A stretch of DNA of 62,313 nucleotides, the filler included, from Basidiobolus ranarum (Eukaryota), in the NCBI GenBank assembly GCA_040143965.1. It is 29 parts of 29 records of this genome, joined end to end, with 100 filler letters (N's around TTAATTAATTAA, not from the genome) between each part and the next. Parts side by side here need not be neighbours in the genome. Positions count along the whole stretch, not along the records: positions 23,757 to 25,809 come from JASJQH010010730.1; positions 25,910 to 27,962 come from JASJQH010010731.1; positions 28,063 to 30,114 come from JASJQH010010732.1; positions 30,215 to 32,266 come from JASJQH010010733.1; positions 32,367 to 34,417 come from JASJQH010010734.1; positions 34,518 to 36,567 come from JASJQH010010735.1; 23 more parts are not named here. One strand, given 5' to 3'. Made by a program: the position numbers and the translations under genes. Shown here one piece after another: positions 24,376-36,352 of this stretch. A model generated the notes under the pieces. The model saw only the letters and a program-made list of their open reading frames with translations, was not told the origin of the DNA and did no database searches. Within the stretch, counting starts at the first letter, position 1; each line of letters opens with the position of its first letter.

Positions 24376-25740
24376 CCCTGAGAGAAATTTGAGGAATGTT
24401 ATTGTAAGACAACTATCACAATTTTACTCCATTTTGGATTTACAGCCTACTAACTGTCATAAAATTGTCAAGTTAGATTTGATTTTAATCCATTTTTTCA
24501 GTTTTGGCCGTCCAATTTTGAGATCTTGCAAAATATTTGCACATGATTGGCTACAATCTCAGAAAACTATGGATCAGCACATGTGTGAAAAACGTAACTG
24601 AAATTTAACATATTTACCACTTGAATGCTAATTTGTTACCTTCAAAATCCCTTGATTCTTTAATATATTCTCCTGAATATTTTTATAGAGTTCTTCATAC
24701 CCAAGACTAAGCTGATATCTAACACAAGCTAATATCAAAATCTCCATCAAAGCCCACCATTGTAAAAACATTGCTGAATCATCACTGTTCCAGCTATCTG
24801 GGGGATACCCTGCAATATTGTGCCACTCTGTATTACGTACTTCCCAGATATCTGCATGGTCAACACCAAAGCAGACATCAAGTTAAATGTTCTTCTTCTA
24901 AAGCCACTTTCTGCATACTTGCAATGGATTTTTCCCTTCATACTTTTGTAAATACTCCTCAAGCACTTTTACTATCTTCATACATCCTTGTAATATGACA
25001 CTACCAAGGGTGCTTTGTGGTGTTTGTGTGGTTTTTTGTTTGCCTTTAAGTTTGGGGCTAATTTCAGTGCTTTGAAAAGTACCCATTGATGCTTGAGAGC
25101 CATGAGTTTTATATGCTGATGTTTTGGCTTGTTTAGAGGTGCAAGGTGTTGGATAAACTTCTGAATTTAGCACTCTGCCAACCTGTTGACCTGGTTCCAT
25201 AGTGAAATTAAGTTTTTTTACCAGTATGTCTGACTCTAGAAATACAGATATTTGTAACGGTGTGAAGAATTCAGTAAAGTGGGACAGTAGAGCCTAAACT
25301 CACTGGCTCCTTTGCTCTTCCCTTTGGTTTACTGACTTCCTGCTCTTTGAATACTTCTTTAGCTGCTTTTCTTTCTATTTCAAGTCAATAATTGTGTACA
25401 TTTTTGAGTTTTTCCATAAATAGGCCTATACTAGCCCAATAGCCATTTGCTTGCAAAAACCCAGTATAACCAACATGAAATAAGTTAAGCTCCTTCAGAG
25501 CAATGCCTGGTGTTTGGTTTTTCCATAATTGCCTCAAATTGAGGTGATTTCAGGCACAATTCTGCACATTTTCCAAAATGTTAAACCACTCATTGTCAGA
25601 ACAAGTGATGGCAGCTCCAACATTCAGAGTCTTTTTGTTTGCCAGTTTTCCTATGAAATTACTATTTTCATATGCCCAAGCAAATTGGGGTCATTGTGTA
25701 GGCTTACTGGTTTGACACGTATTCTGCTCTGCTAGATTGT
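24376..25740 (-). mobile_element. Repeat F terminus plus 3' part of the CACTA-associated accessory ORF
   Basis: CCCTGAGAGAAATTTG at 24376. ~25345-25740 is the inverted homologue of 16804-17189, and a decayed frame runs down to ~24630. Confidence 0.6.
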
Positions 25741-25910
25741 CACAGTTATGATCATACATATGATGTGAGATTGATTATAATGCTGTATGAGAATGGAAGG
25801 AGGGAGTAGNNNNNNNNNNNNNNNNNNNNNNNNNNNNNNNNNNNNNNNNNNNNTTAATTAATTAANNNNNNNNNNNNNNNNNNNNNNNNNNNNNNNNNNN
25901 NNNNNNNNNC

Positions 25911-26606
25911 CGGTATATTGAAGAACCAGCAGCACGTGTAGAAGATATCCGTTGCGCAGTAGATTACCTCACTACGCTAACATACGTTGATGAAAATCGA
26001 ATTGGTGTATTGGGTGTATGTGCTGGCGGAGGCTACGCCGTGAACGCTGCTATGACCGAGCGTCGTATCAAAGCTGTTGGGACCGTTGTTGGCGCTAACC
26101 TTGGGCGGTGCTATCGTGACATGAATGGTGACACTGACGGTGTCATCAAAGCATTGGAAGCCGTTGGCCAACAGCGAACTGCTGAAGCACGGGGCACTGA
26201 GGCATTGATTACCAATTGGATCCCAAAAAATCAGGAAGAGAGGGAAAAGGCTGGTATTACCGATATCGACATCAGAGAAGCAGTTGATTACTACACAACC
26301 TCGCGTGGACAACACCCTTGCTCACCAAATCTCCTGAAATATACGAGTTTAGGCTCCGTCTTGGCTTTTGACGCGTTCAACTTGGTAGATAAATTATTGA
26401 CACAACCGCTACAAATCATTGTTGGTGAGGTTCAAGGCGTCTTTGGCTCTTACAAAGATGGTCATGAATTATATAACCGAGCAGCATCGAAGAAGAAGCA
26501 TCTATACATTGTAAAGGGTGTCAGTCACTATGATCTATACGATAAACCGGAGCCCGTTAGTAAAGCTGTTAAACAGTTAGAAGCCTTCTATAAAGAAAAC
26601 CTATAA
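25911..26606 (+). CDS. Bacterial-type alpha/beta hydrolase (YcjY/COG1073-like, Cys nucleophile), 5' truncated
   Basis: RVEDIRCAVDYL..L.YVDENRIGVLGVCAGGGY, QPLQIIVGE and GVSHYDLYD. No introns in the visible part. Confidence 0.85.
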   Translation, partial: RYIEEPAARVEDIRCAVDYLTTLTYVDENRIGVLGVCAGGGYAVNAAMTERRIKAVGTVVGANLGRCYRDMNGDTDGVIKALEAVGQQRTAEARGTEALITNWIPKNQEEREKAGITDIDIREAVDYYTTSRGQHPCSPNLLKYTSLGSVLAFDAFNLVDKLLTQPLQIIVGEVQGVFGSYKDGHELYNRAASKKKHLYIVKGVSHYDLYDKPEPVSKAVKQLEAFYKENL

Positions 26607-26814
26607 TAAACTACTGGTCATTAATATTCGCCTTAACATATTTCTCACAGATGAACACAAACATTGCACACACGTTCCTACCATATTCGGTTTGTTTATT
26701 TTTGACGAAGCATCAAAAGTATAAATAGCCTCTTGAAGGCCAATACATTCCCTCTTAACCTTAAGATACCTATTCAACTCTGGGTCATTTGTGTAAAAAT
26801 TAATAAGAGTTGAA

Positions 26815-26983
26815 GGGAAATATTTTGCTGGGGATACTTTAATGGGAATATTTTGTTGGGGATACTTCAATAGAAATACTTTGCTGAGGATACCTTAATG
26901 GCTTGATTACTTGATACCTTAATGGCTTGATTACTTGATACCTTAATGGCTTGATTACTTGATACCTTAATGGCTTAATTACT
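26815..26983 (+). repeat. Adjacent minisatellites: ~27-28-bp unit x3, then 24-bp GATACCTTAATGGCTTGATTACTT x4
   Basis: 24-bp units start at 26889, 26913, 26937 and 26961, with no spacers. Confidence 0.92.
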
Positions 26984-28062
26984 CTACAAGGCTAGTAAAA
27001 CTTATAACCGAGATTTCTACCTTATTTCAATCACAAACGCCAATAGTGGAATTATATGATTCAACAAAAGATAATCTGGAAATTCGGAAATCCGGAAATC
27101 TGGGAATTCGGGAATGCAATAAATCGATGTACATTGATTAAAAAATCACCAGAAATCAACAGAAATCAGCAGAAATCAACAAATACTGATACAACCATAA
27201 AAGGCTAAGATAAGAAGTATACAGCACAAGATAAGAAGTATACAGCCTGTCATTTAATTGTTGTAGCAGCATTTGGTGTAATTCAGTGACTAATTCAGTG
27301 ACGTCGCCACCATCCCCATGAACATCAGATAGAGCGAATGTGTGTTCGTAAAGAATTGATCATAAACTTGTTGACTCATTCCCAATTATGCCTGAGCTGG
27401 GCGGTATAATCACAAAAAACAATCACAAAATACAACAATGGTTAAATCTATATAACAATGGTTAAATCTATACAATAATGGCTAGGATCAAATTGTTCTT
27501 TCAGTTGCTCAATGTTATATCCATTAACTGATATGAACTTATGTTCCATTGTTTAAATTCTCCCAGATAAAGCCAGTTTACAACATGTTATGACAATTTA
27601 CCACTTGTTGAACAGTAGCTAGGTATTGATTCAGATGCTCACTTTTATTGAAAGCCTGGTGATTGGCCAAGATATATGGATCTCCTTCTGTGGCCAAAAT
27701 GTGATTGAATAGGATACCATCCTGTAATGGAGGCAGAGTGTAATGGAGCTAGAGATTAGATGTCTGGAATATTATTAACACCTCATGGAGTCTTCTCCAC
27801 AATGGATCTATCTCTGCTTGTGTGAGATGTATTAGCAGCAACAGGTCAAACATTAAGGATGTAGTGGCAGGTGTACTGTGATTCTGTGGCACAACTACTT
27901 CAGAATGTTTAACTATCACAATACTCAACTCTCTGCAATTAGAAAATAACTATGTGCAATATNNNNNNNNNNNNNNNNNNNNNNNNNNNNNNNNNNNNNN
28001 NNNNNNTTAATTAATTAANNNNNNNNNNNNNNNNNNNNNNNNNNNNNNNNNNNNNNNNNNNN

Positions 28063-30113
28063 TGACTTATATAGTAGAGAAGTAAATCAATTGTTTGAGA
28101 TATTCAGGAGTTTGTGTAAAAAGATATATAAGATAAGTAGGGGTAATAAGACATATGTGTTTTATAGATATAGAGATATTCTTATTTAGATTATAGAGGC
28201 TATTGTTATGTTGCTTTCTGTTTCAGATGTATGTATCATAACTAAAGTTAACTAAGATGTTCAATAGAGATTAATTATCCAACACATCTATAGCTTAGTA
28301 CTTGGTTGCCTTATAATTCACTAAGATATTACCCATTATTCTCATAAAGAATTTACTTAGAATATTGACATCAACCTAGAAGTTCTCAGATATATAGATT
28401 TTTCAAACTTGTGCTAGAAGCCCTAAACTTTGTACACATGTTTCTGCAACCTTCCTAGATGCATTTTACAAGTTAGTTTCTTACATCTTGAAAAAACTAC
28501 CAATTTTAACTTTCAACTCAATAAAATAACAAGTAAAAACCACCAATTTCTCTGATTCTCCAAACCACTTCCAACAAGTTCCCAAGTACTTTAACATATA
28601 TGACTCTGTAGGTGTTTAGACAATGCTAATTACAACAGACAGAATTATAAATGTCAACTTTTCACTTGATAAAACAATAAGTGAGAGGTGTCATTGGGTA
28701 TGTCAATACTATATATTACTCTGTTAGCAAGCTAACATTAAAATACATTCTTCATATAATGAATTTATAACTACACAACAAGTGATTTGTCAGTGAAAAC
28801 TCAGATCCCAAGAAAATGGTTGCTTTGCCTTGTAATATACAGAGTCATAACTTTGCTGTATTGAAATTAGCATTACCTAAGCACCTATATAGTCATATAT
28901 AGCTTAGTACTTATTCATCCTATATTTTACTAAGATATTGCCTATGATTCTCAATTGGAATTTACTCTGAATATTGACACCAACTTAGATGCTCTCAGAT
29001 ACATAGATTTTCAAGCTTGCATTAGAAGCCCCATACCTTGCACAAGTTCCTGGGACCTTCTTTGACACACTTTACACAGTAGTTTTTTACATCTTGACCA
29101 AACTGTAAATGTCAAGTTTCTACTCAATATATCTACAAGTGAAAACCACCAATCTCTCTAATTCACCAAACCACATCTAACATGCTCCCAAAACACTTTG
29201 ACATGCTGAACCAAAAGAATTGATGAGTACATAATTTTTGACCTGGTCAAAATGGTATTGTCAGCAGAGCAGATCTAAGCTGAAAAATTGGCCAGCCTAT
29301 GCAACTATTTGATTGCTACTTCAAATAAACAATCATTCAAACAAATACTAGTATAGACCATTGTTGGGTGATAGAAATGATTAATATCACATAGAAATTA
29401 ATCACTTGAATCACATGGCTTACTGTATTTTGAGTAGCACCAAGCACATATTGGAGTTTGTTTAATAGTGATATCAAAAGTAATGTTACTTCAAATCTCC
29501 ATGCACAACATTAAGCTTATCAAGCAGTATTATTTGATTTTCTGTAACATAAGTTAGGATTGAGCCAACTTCATCATGTTATAATTAGCATAGCCTAAGC
29601 TTCTATATAGGCATATAGCTTAGCATTTAGTGATCTTATATTGCAATAAGATATCACTCACTACTGTCAATTGCAATTCACTCAGATGTTTTCAGATAAA
29701 TAGACTTCTTCAAACTTGTGCTAGAAGCCCCAAGCTTTACACACATGTTCCTGGGACCTTTCTTATGTTGAAATTAGCGTTGCCTAAGCACCTATAGAGT
29801 CATATATAGCTTTGTACTTGATTATCTTATAATTCACTAAGATCTTATCAATTATTCTCAATCAGAATTTACTTAGAATATTGTTATCAACATAGAAGTT
29901 CTCAGATATATAGATTTTTCAAACTTTTGCTAGAAGCCCCAAATTTTGCACACATGTTCCTGGGACCTTCCTTAACATATTCTACATGTTAGTTTGTCTA
30001 CATCTTGACAAAACTATAAATGTTAACTTTCTACTCAATAAATCAATAAGTGAAAACCACCAATTCCTCTAATTCTCCAAACCACTTCCCAAAGGCTCCC
30101 AAATACTTTAACA
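28063..30113. mobile_element. Cluster of nested/solo LTRs: LTR C (28063-28284, minus) and LTR A copies at ~28285-28596, 28859-29203, 29577-29765 (truncated) and 29766-30113 (full, 348 bp)
   Basis: Repeated TGTTGAAATTAGC...TTTAACA blocks with no coding sequence between them. Confidence 0.85.
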
Positions 30114-30215
30114 GNNNNNNNNNNNNNNNNNNNNNNNNNNNNNNNNNNNNNNNNNNNNTTAATTAATTAANNNNNNNNNNNNNNNNNNNNNNNNNNNNNN
30201 NNNNNNNNNNNNNNC

Positions 30216-30584
30216 ACTCCCAGTGTCAAGTACTCTTCAGATCTCAAAGATGGTGACAAGCTGGCCACGGTCCAAGGTGGTGTATTGAATGTCAAGATTA
30301 CTGATGGAAGTGTCACGATCAATGGGGTCAAGGTGGTTATTGCCAACGTATTGACTAGCAATGGAGTGGTCCACGTTGTAGAAGGAGTCTTAATTCCCGA
30401 ACAGCCAACTAACCCTACAAGCCCAGTTAATGAAGCCAAACCTACCAATAATCCAGCAACCTCAACCAGCCCAACCAATGTGGTCAAACCTACCAATAAT
30501 TCTCCTAATTCTGCTTCAACCCTTAATTCACTTGGCTTAAGTGGAATTACTTTAGCACTGTATGTTTTTAGTTTCCTACTCTAA
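30216..30584 (+). CDS. Fasciclin (FAS1) protein, C-terminal fragment with S/T/P/N linker and GPI-like tail
   Basis: LATVQG...VTINGVKVVIANVLTSNGVVHVVEGVLIP (H2 motif) and a hydrophobic C-terminus. Confidence 0.9.
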   Translation, partial: TPSVKYSSDLKDGDKLATVQGGVLNVKITDGSVTINGVKVVIANVLTSNGVVHVVEGVLIPEQPTNPTSPVNEAKPTNNPATSTSPTNVVKPTNNSPNSASTLNSLGLSGITLALYVFSFLL

Positions 30585-32023
30585 ACTGCTAATATCTCGT
30601 ATGAAGCAGTTCGTTAATGCTTCCTTTTATAAGATATTGATAATCAAAGATGATATATTATTTTATCTATATGAATATTGCCTCGACTTCAAATTAATAA
30701 AGCTTTGAAACGCTAATCTTGATTGTACAGTTGAAATTATCGAGATAAATGATAGGATCGAATGATACATTACATGAACATATACTCTCTGATTGGCAGT
30801 CGCTAAGTATGTACTTTTCAAATACTCACCCAGGGAATAACCTGGTGAATATAATTTCGTTCTCTACACAAGTGAAGTCAATCGAACTAGATTCAAACTG
30901 TACGAATTTTCTTTAATCTGCTGTACATCTGCACTATTCAATATTCTAAAGATAAGTCTGGCAGTTTGTTAATGATCCTAATTCGCGGTCAGCATGTTAC
31001 ATATATACCGATTATAATTGGCATGAAAGATTTATTATTATGCTGGAGACTGATAGATTGCACTATTATACAGTGTTGTAATCTTTGGTGAATATCTTGA
31101 ATTTGTTGAGTTGCTTTGTGAAAAGTTTTAAATATCCGTCTCAATATGTTGCTTATCGCACTTTGTTGCTTTACAATATAAGTATATAGCAAATAGGAAT
31201 TTGAATTTAGTTTACCAATATGGGTAGTGGGCGTAAACTTAAACCTAAGCCACCCTCTACGTCATAAACTATATTACGCAGGACGTCTGATCAATAAACG
31301 ATTCAATGAAGACAAAGATTCTCAATATTTAGCATTAGTAACAGTATTGTGGGCCAAGTATTATTGACTATTTGGAGCCACCGTGCTGACTACTAGCGTG
31401 AGAACAACACTTGAAAAGAATAGTTGAGAGTTTTCAAATTTGTATGTTTTATTGTGTTAAATTATCAATATTTTGAATTGCATACAGTCGATTGGTAAAT
31501 ACCATCTACCAAACACCAAATTCATCAACCTTTCGATTTAACACTTTCACATTGCTGGATTCCACGAGGATTATGAGCGTGAATATTTTTTGGGTTGATC
31601 TTGGGTTATACAACAGAACCTATATGGAAATATACTTTCCATGAGACCGGCACTACGGGATCGGATTACATTGCAAACTGATTGAAGAAAACTTTCTCAA
31701 AAACTGATTGACTAGTTGTTCAGTATTATTTCGTTATAATAATTATTGTATCCTTCGATCGCAGAAATACTTGACAACATCGATCCAAGTCTAACTATTA
31801 TATTATGTACTATGACGATCAATAAAGCAATTTCTGTATTCACATCGGACGGCTCTAGATCGGGGATTGGAAAGAAAATGAGTAAATTTTGTAGCGAGCA
31901 TAAAATTTGGCTTTTCTATAGATGGCGAGAAATTGCCATACGAATCCCTATATATATGTGTGTGGCACTCTGGTCGTATTCCAAGACAACCATCTCACCT
32001 CTCAATCAACTTGAACTTCAATC

Positions 32024-32266
32024 ATGAAAGCCCAACTATTCCTTTCTAGTATTGCTCTTTTATTAGTAACCAGTACTGTGGCTCAAGATACTCAGAAAAC
32101 TTTGGTCGACAACACTGCTGCCAATGCTGACCTCAAGACACTCACTAGCCTCGTGAGCAACCCCGCTTTCAGTGCTATCAAGGATGCCCTATCCGGTGCT
32201 GGCCCATTCACTGTCTTCGCTCCAAGTGACGCTGCATTCTCAGCTGCTCAGATCGATACCTCCAAC
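32024..32266 (+). CDS. Fasciclin (FAS1) protein, N-terminal fragment with signal peptide
   Basis: MKAQLFLSSIALLLVTSTVA signal, LSGAGPFTVFAPSDAAF (H1 motif), TATA ~75 bp upstream. Confidence 0.9.
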
Positions 32267-32366
32267 NNNNNNNNNNNNNNNNNNNNNNNNNNNNNNNNNN
32301 NNNNNNNNNNTTAATTAATTAANNNNNNNNNNNNNNNNNNNNNNNNNNNNNNNNNNNNNNNNNNNN

Positions 32367-34417
32367 GTGTTAAATTCTCTGGTTCAGAAAATGCTATATG
32401 TGTAGATATATTCCACCCTTTTTCTGAATTGAAACTGTTGATTTCATGCTCTAATTTGAGATATTGAAAGTCCTTGGTAGAATGGTCAGATGTTTCTCTT
32501 ACAGGATGTTTTTGATTTCCATTTGATAGGATTTCTGAGACCTGATTGCCTGAATTTTATGATTAACGGAATACTTATTGTGATTGATTGCATACTTCCA
32601 ATAATTGATTACTTCCAATATCAGCCAAATGGGATATTTGTTAGGTATGTGATTGGTCAGAAAATTACTGCCTTGTTTCTCAGCCCAAATTCCTGGTTTC
32701 TGATTGGCTGGAAAAATATCTTTTTTCTGATTATCATATTTTTCACTGGCAGAGATAATATGCTGATTTACAGAAGCTGATTCCAAATTATAAGTATTCT
32801 CAGAGTAATCATCAGGTTTTCTGGTATAAATTGGTGCATTTCCAGTGCTGCCTAATGTTTTACTACTCATATAGCTGCTTGATTCCATAATATCATATAA
32901 TAGTTTGTACTCCTTGGTTTCAGTACTTGTGGTGAAGTTTGAGACAGGATTATTGCTTCTTGGTTTTCTGCTAGGAATATTCACCACAGGGATTGGTAAT
33001 GATTTGAGCTTTGTCATATATTCATTGGTGGCTGATGTTTAAGATCTAGTCCCAGATGTGATATTTTCTGAGTTTGGATAATGCTGATAGATAGTTTCAG
33101 ATTCCAAATTTGGCCTAATTCCAGTATCTATTTCCAATATATCTTTTTCCAAGTTGGTTTCAGTGCTCATTAGCTCAAGATTAGTTTCAGAACTTATTAA
33201 CCTAGAATTTGAGTTATTGAGAAATTGATTTTCAGCCAAAATTAAATTCCCTTGATTAGAAGATTTGAGATTTTCTTCAATGAATCTAGTATCTCTGGAA
33301 TTGATGATTTGATTTGTGTGAGCAATTAGGAGATGGTAGCCTTTGTTCTGATATCCTAATATGATACATTTAATTGCCTTTTTGTCCAATTTCCTACACT
33401 GAGGTTTAGGAATATGAGCATATACTATTGATCCAAATATTCTGAGATGATTCAGATTAGGCTTGTTTCCAGTCCAGATTTCAATAGGAGTTTTAGAGTT
33501 GTGATTGCTACATGTTGGACTTCTATTTTGGCAATATGTAGCTGTTAAAATAGCTTCACCCCAACAGGTCTTAGGCAGATCTGAATCAATCAGCATTGAA
33601 TGTGCTTTCTCTACTAAAGTCCTATTCATCCTTTCTGTAACTCCATTTTGTTCTGCACTATATGGAATAGTAAATTGCTGCTGAATTCCCTTTTCTTGAC
33701 AAAGTCTAGTCATGGCTTCATTGCTAAATTCAGTTCCATTATCACTGTGTAGGTACTTGATTTTTCTTCCTGTTATGATTGTGACCATTGCTTCATATAT
33801 TTTGAAATATTGAAACCCTTCTGCTTTGCTTGACAGAAGATATGAAGCTGTGAAGTGAGATTTATCATCAATTAAGACGAGTAAATATTGTTGCTTACTT
33901 GGTGTCAGAGTTTTCATTGGGCCATATAAGTCTGTATGAATAAGATTCAATAAATCTTTGGCTTTGCTAGCTCCTTCTTTTGGAAATGGTTTTCTGGTGA
34001 TTTTCCCTTGAATACAGCTTTCACATTTAGTAATATCTGAGGGCTTAAGATCCATTCCAGTACACAGGCCATTTTTATATAATAGTTTCACACTATTATA
34101 GTTTAGATGACCCAAGCGCTGATGCCAAGTCATCAAGTTTCCAGAAGTAATTGTTGCAAAGTTAGAAACAGTCTCAGTTATCGGTGCAATATCCAGGTGA
34201 TATAGATTCCCAATTCTTGTTCCAGTTGCTACTATCAAGTTCTTTGATTTGTATATGGTTGCTTTTCCTTGGCTGAATTTGACATCATAATGTTTCTTTT
34301 CAATTGCTCCAATTGAAAACAGATTTGTTGTAAATGATGGAATATATAAGACATCTTCCAAGGTTACCGTTACACTTTTGGTTTTACTTATTTGTAAGTC
34401 AAGTGTGACCTTTCCCA
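32367..34417 (-). mobile_element. Copia pol: protease end, GAG-pre-integrase, integrase (open 33039-34361) and long IN-RT spacer
   Basis: WHQRLGHLN, CESCIQGK, IHTDLYGP, SDNGTEF, EQNGVTERMNRT, GYQNKGY. Confidence 0.93.
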
Positions 34418-34517
34418 NNNNNNNNNNNNNNNNNNNNNNNNNNNNNNNNNNNNNNNNNNNNTTAATTAATTAANNNNNNNNNNNNNNNNNNNNNNNNNNN
34501 NNNNNNNNNNNNNNNNN

Positions 34518-34658
34518 ATAATTTGTATATTGTGCATCTAAAATTTTAATCAGAGTTGGCTGATTTATAACATAAATTATTTTGTCGTAAGCATAATATC
34601 CAAATAAAGATCCAAATGCCAATATAAATATTAGTTTCAAACAATTGGTTTTAGCCAT
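34518..34658 (-). CDS. Orphan membrane-anchored protein, N-terminal fragment
   Basis: ATG at 34658 in TAAAATG context; MAKTNCLKLIFILAFGSLFGYYAY signal-anchor; frame stays open to the contig edge. Confidence 0.55.
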
Positions 34659-34759
34659 TTTATGTAATCGGTTAGTTGACAACTAAATAATTTTAGTTAT
34701 ACGTACCAATTCTCATTTCGCGTTAAAAATTATTTTTTAAAAATACATAAGTATAATAT

Positions 34760-35341
34760 TTAAAAGATTAAACAATGTATAATACATATTATTGCAATAA
34801 AACCATAATTGTTATATGTATTAGCATTGTTTGATATAATACGAATATTTTTTTTGTTTACTGTAATTAATTGTGACGGTTTTGGGGTTTCAGAAGAGTT
34901 TGATATACTCGATGTACTAGATGGCGTGGGATTTCCGGAATTTGCCGGCGATCCAGTTTTTACATTGGTACCCTCAATTGGAACGTCAAGTAATTTCATC
35001 AGTTCTTCTTGTTGAATAACAAATTTGGTTACATTTTCTTTGCAATTGTGGTTGCAGAATACATATGTATCTATCATGGCAACAGAATCGTTGTTGAATT
35101 TGACATTGTTTGCAATACTTGTTTGATTGTTAAATTTTTCGTCGGTGCATTCTGTTTTAATTATTTTGGCATCAACATTTTGTGCAAAATCAGGATCGGT
35201 AATTTTTACGCTTTTTGTGGTATTGGGAAGAGTTATTATTTCAACATTAAGTTTTGTAGTTGGGCATTTTAAATTATCGCCTTTTTCGGTTAAACATATT
35301 TGTATAACTGCCCAAATAATAATAATTTTTTTCAAAAACAT
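34760..35341 (-). CDS. Orphan secreted/surface glycoprotein (signal peptide, Cys-containing core, S/T/P linker, hydrophobic C-tail)
   Basis: Intact 193-aa ORF in very AT-rich DNA with several NxS/T sequons and C-terminal GFIAIICIIHCLIF. Confidence 0.75.
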   Translation of the reverse strand: MFLKKIIIIWAVIQICLTEKGDNLKCPTTKLNVEIITLPNTTKSVKITDPDFAQNVDAKIIKTECTDEKFNNQTSIANNVKFNNDSVAMIDTYVFCNHNCKENVTKFVIQQEELMKLLDVPIEGTNVKTGSPANSGNPTPSSTSSISNSSETPKPSQLITVNKKNIRIISNNANTYNNYGFIAIICIIHCLIF

Positions 35342-35416
35342 ATTTGTATATTTGCATATATATAGATTTCAAATGTATGACACGTAGATAATTTATTTTT
35401 ATCGTATAAAGTTAAA

Positions 35417-36295
35417 ATGGGTAATTGTTTTTCTGGGCTTAATAAGGAAAAAATTTATGAAGACAAAAGAGAAAAAAAAGTTTCTGGGGCAGTAAGTGCA
35501 ATTGTTGTAGGTGTGACAGGAAGAGGAAAATCTAGCGTTGCTAATGCATTGGTCCAAAGAACTATAATTTCTGATAAACAAAATTATTTTCCGGTTGGAG
35601 CCGGGGGGGTAAGAGTAACAGATAAGGCAGCCATAGGTGCAGGATGTGGGTGGCAGGTTGTGGATACAGTAGGTTCTTCAGATGGATATGGTGATGGAAC
35701 TAAGGAAGGATCCATCCAACATATCAAAGATTTCATCGAACAAGTTTGCAAAATTCGGATTTCTTTTAATTATATTATTTTTGTTGCCAAAGGTGATGGA
35801 TTGGAAGCATCAGATGAAACAGCTTGGAGTATGTTTAGAGAAATTTTCAGGGGGTGCAAAAATAATTTAGTAATTGTTTTCACGAGTACTACTCAGAGAT
35901 GGGTGGATGATAACATCGATGAATTAAAGCGAGCTTTTTATCCATGTAAGTTATTTGTAGGGGTAAGCTTACCTGGGGTGAGTGCAAATGCATATTCTGA
36001 TGAGTATACAGACGTTAGAATCCAACGAGATGAAAGGATAAGAACAGAATCTATTAACCATTTATGTAATGTCTTGATGAATAATTTAATTAATGTAGGA
36101 ACTTGTACACCAAATATGTACAAATATTCACAAAAAGAAAGGGTAGAACTTGCATCATGTGCCCTCGAAGTCGGAGAAGATACTATAAAATCTATGGGAT
36201 GGGGACAAAGCGAAAGTAGAATTCTCAACCTTGGAAGAGATGTAGAAGTTTTTGCATCAAATGCGGTTCATGCTATAGTATCTTACTTATTTTAA
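35417..36295 (+). CDS. AIG1/GIMAP-like P-loop GTPase with MGNC acylation motif
   Basis: G1 GVTGRGKSS, G2 VRVTD, G3 VVDTVG, G4-like IVFTS. Intact 292 aa. Confidence 0.8.
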   Translation: MGNCFSGLNKEKIYEDKREKKVSGAVSAIVVGVTGRGKSSVANALVQRTIISDKQNYFPVGAGGVRVTDKAAIGAGCGWQVVDTVGSSDGYGDGTKEGSIQHIKDFIEQVCKIRISFNYIIFVAKGDGLEASDETAWSMFREIFRGCKNNLVIVFTSTTQRWVDDNIDELKRAFYPCKLFVGVSLPGVSANAYSDEYTDVRIQRDERIRTESINHLCNVLMNNLINVGTCTPNMYKYSQKERVELASCALEVGEDTIKSMGWGQSESRILNLGRDVEVFASNAVHAIVSYLF

Positions 36296-36352
36296 CGATG
36301 CGGTTGTTGAGTAATACCTTTTTAAAAATATATGTATTAAACGTGTAAAATA

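Noticed and set aside
26889-26983. Possible CRISPR array (24-bp repeats)
   Set aside because: Units are contiguous with no unique spacers, there are no cas genes, and the context is eukaryotic.
35367-35372. ATTTGA ~25 bp upstream of the 193-aa gene, like the yeast linear-plasmid UCS (ATNTGA)
   Set aside because: Not found at comparable positions before the other three genes of the contig; likely chance in AT-rich DNA.
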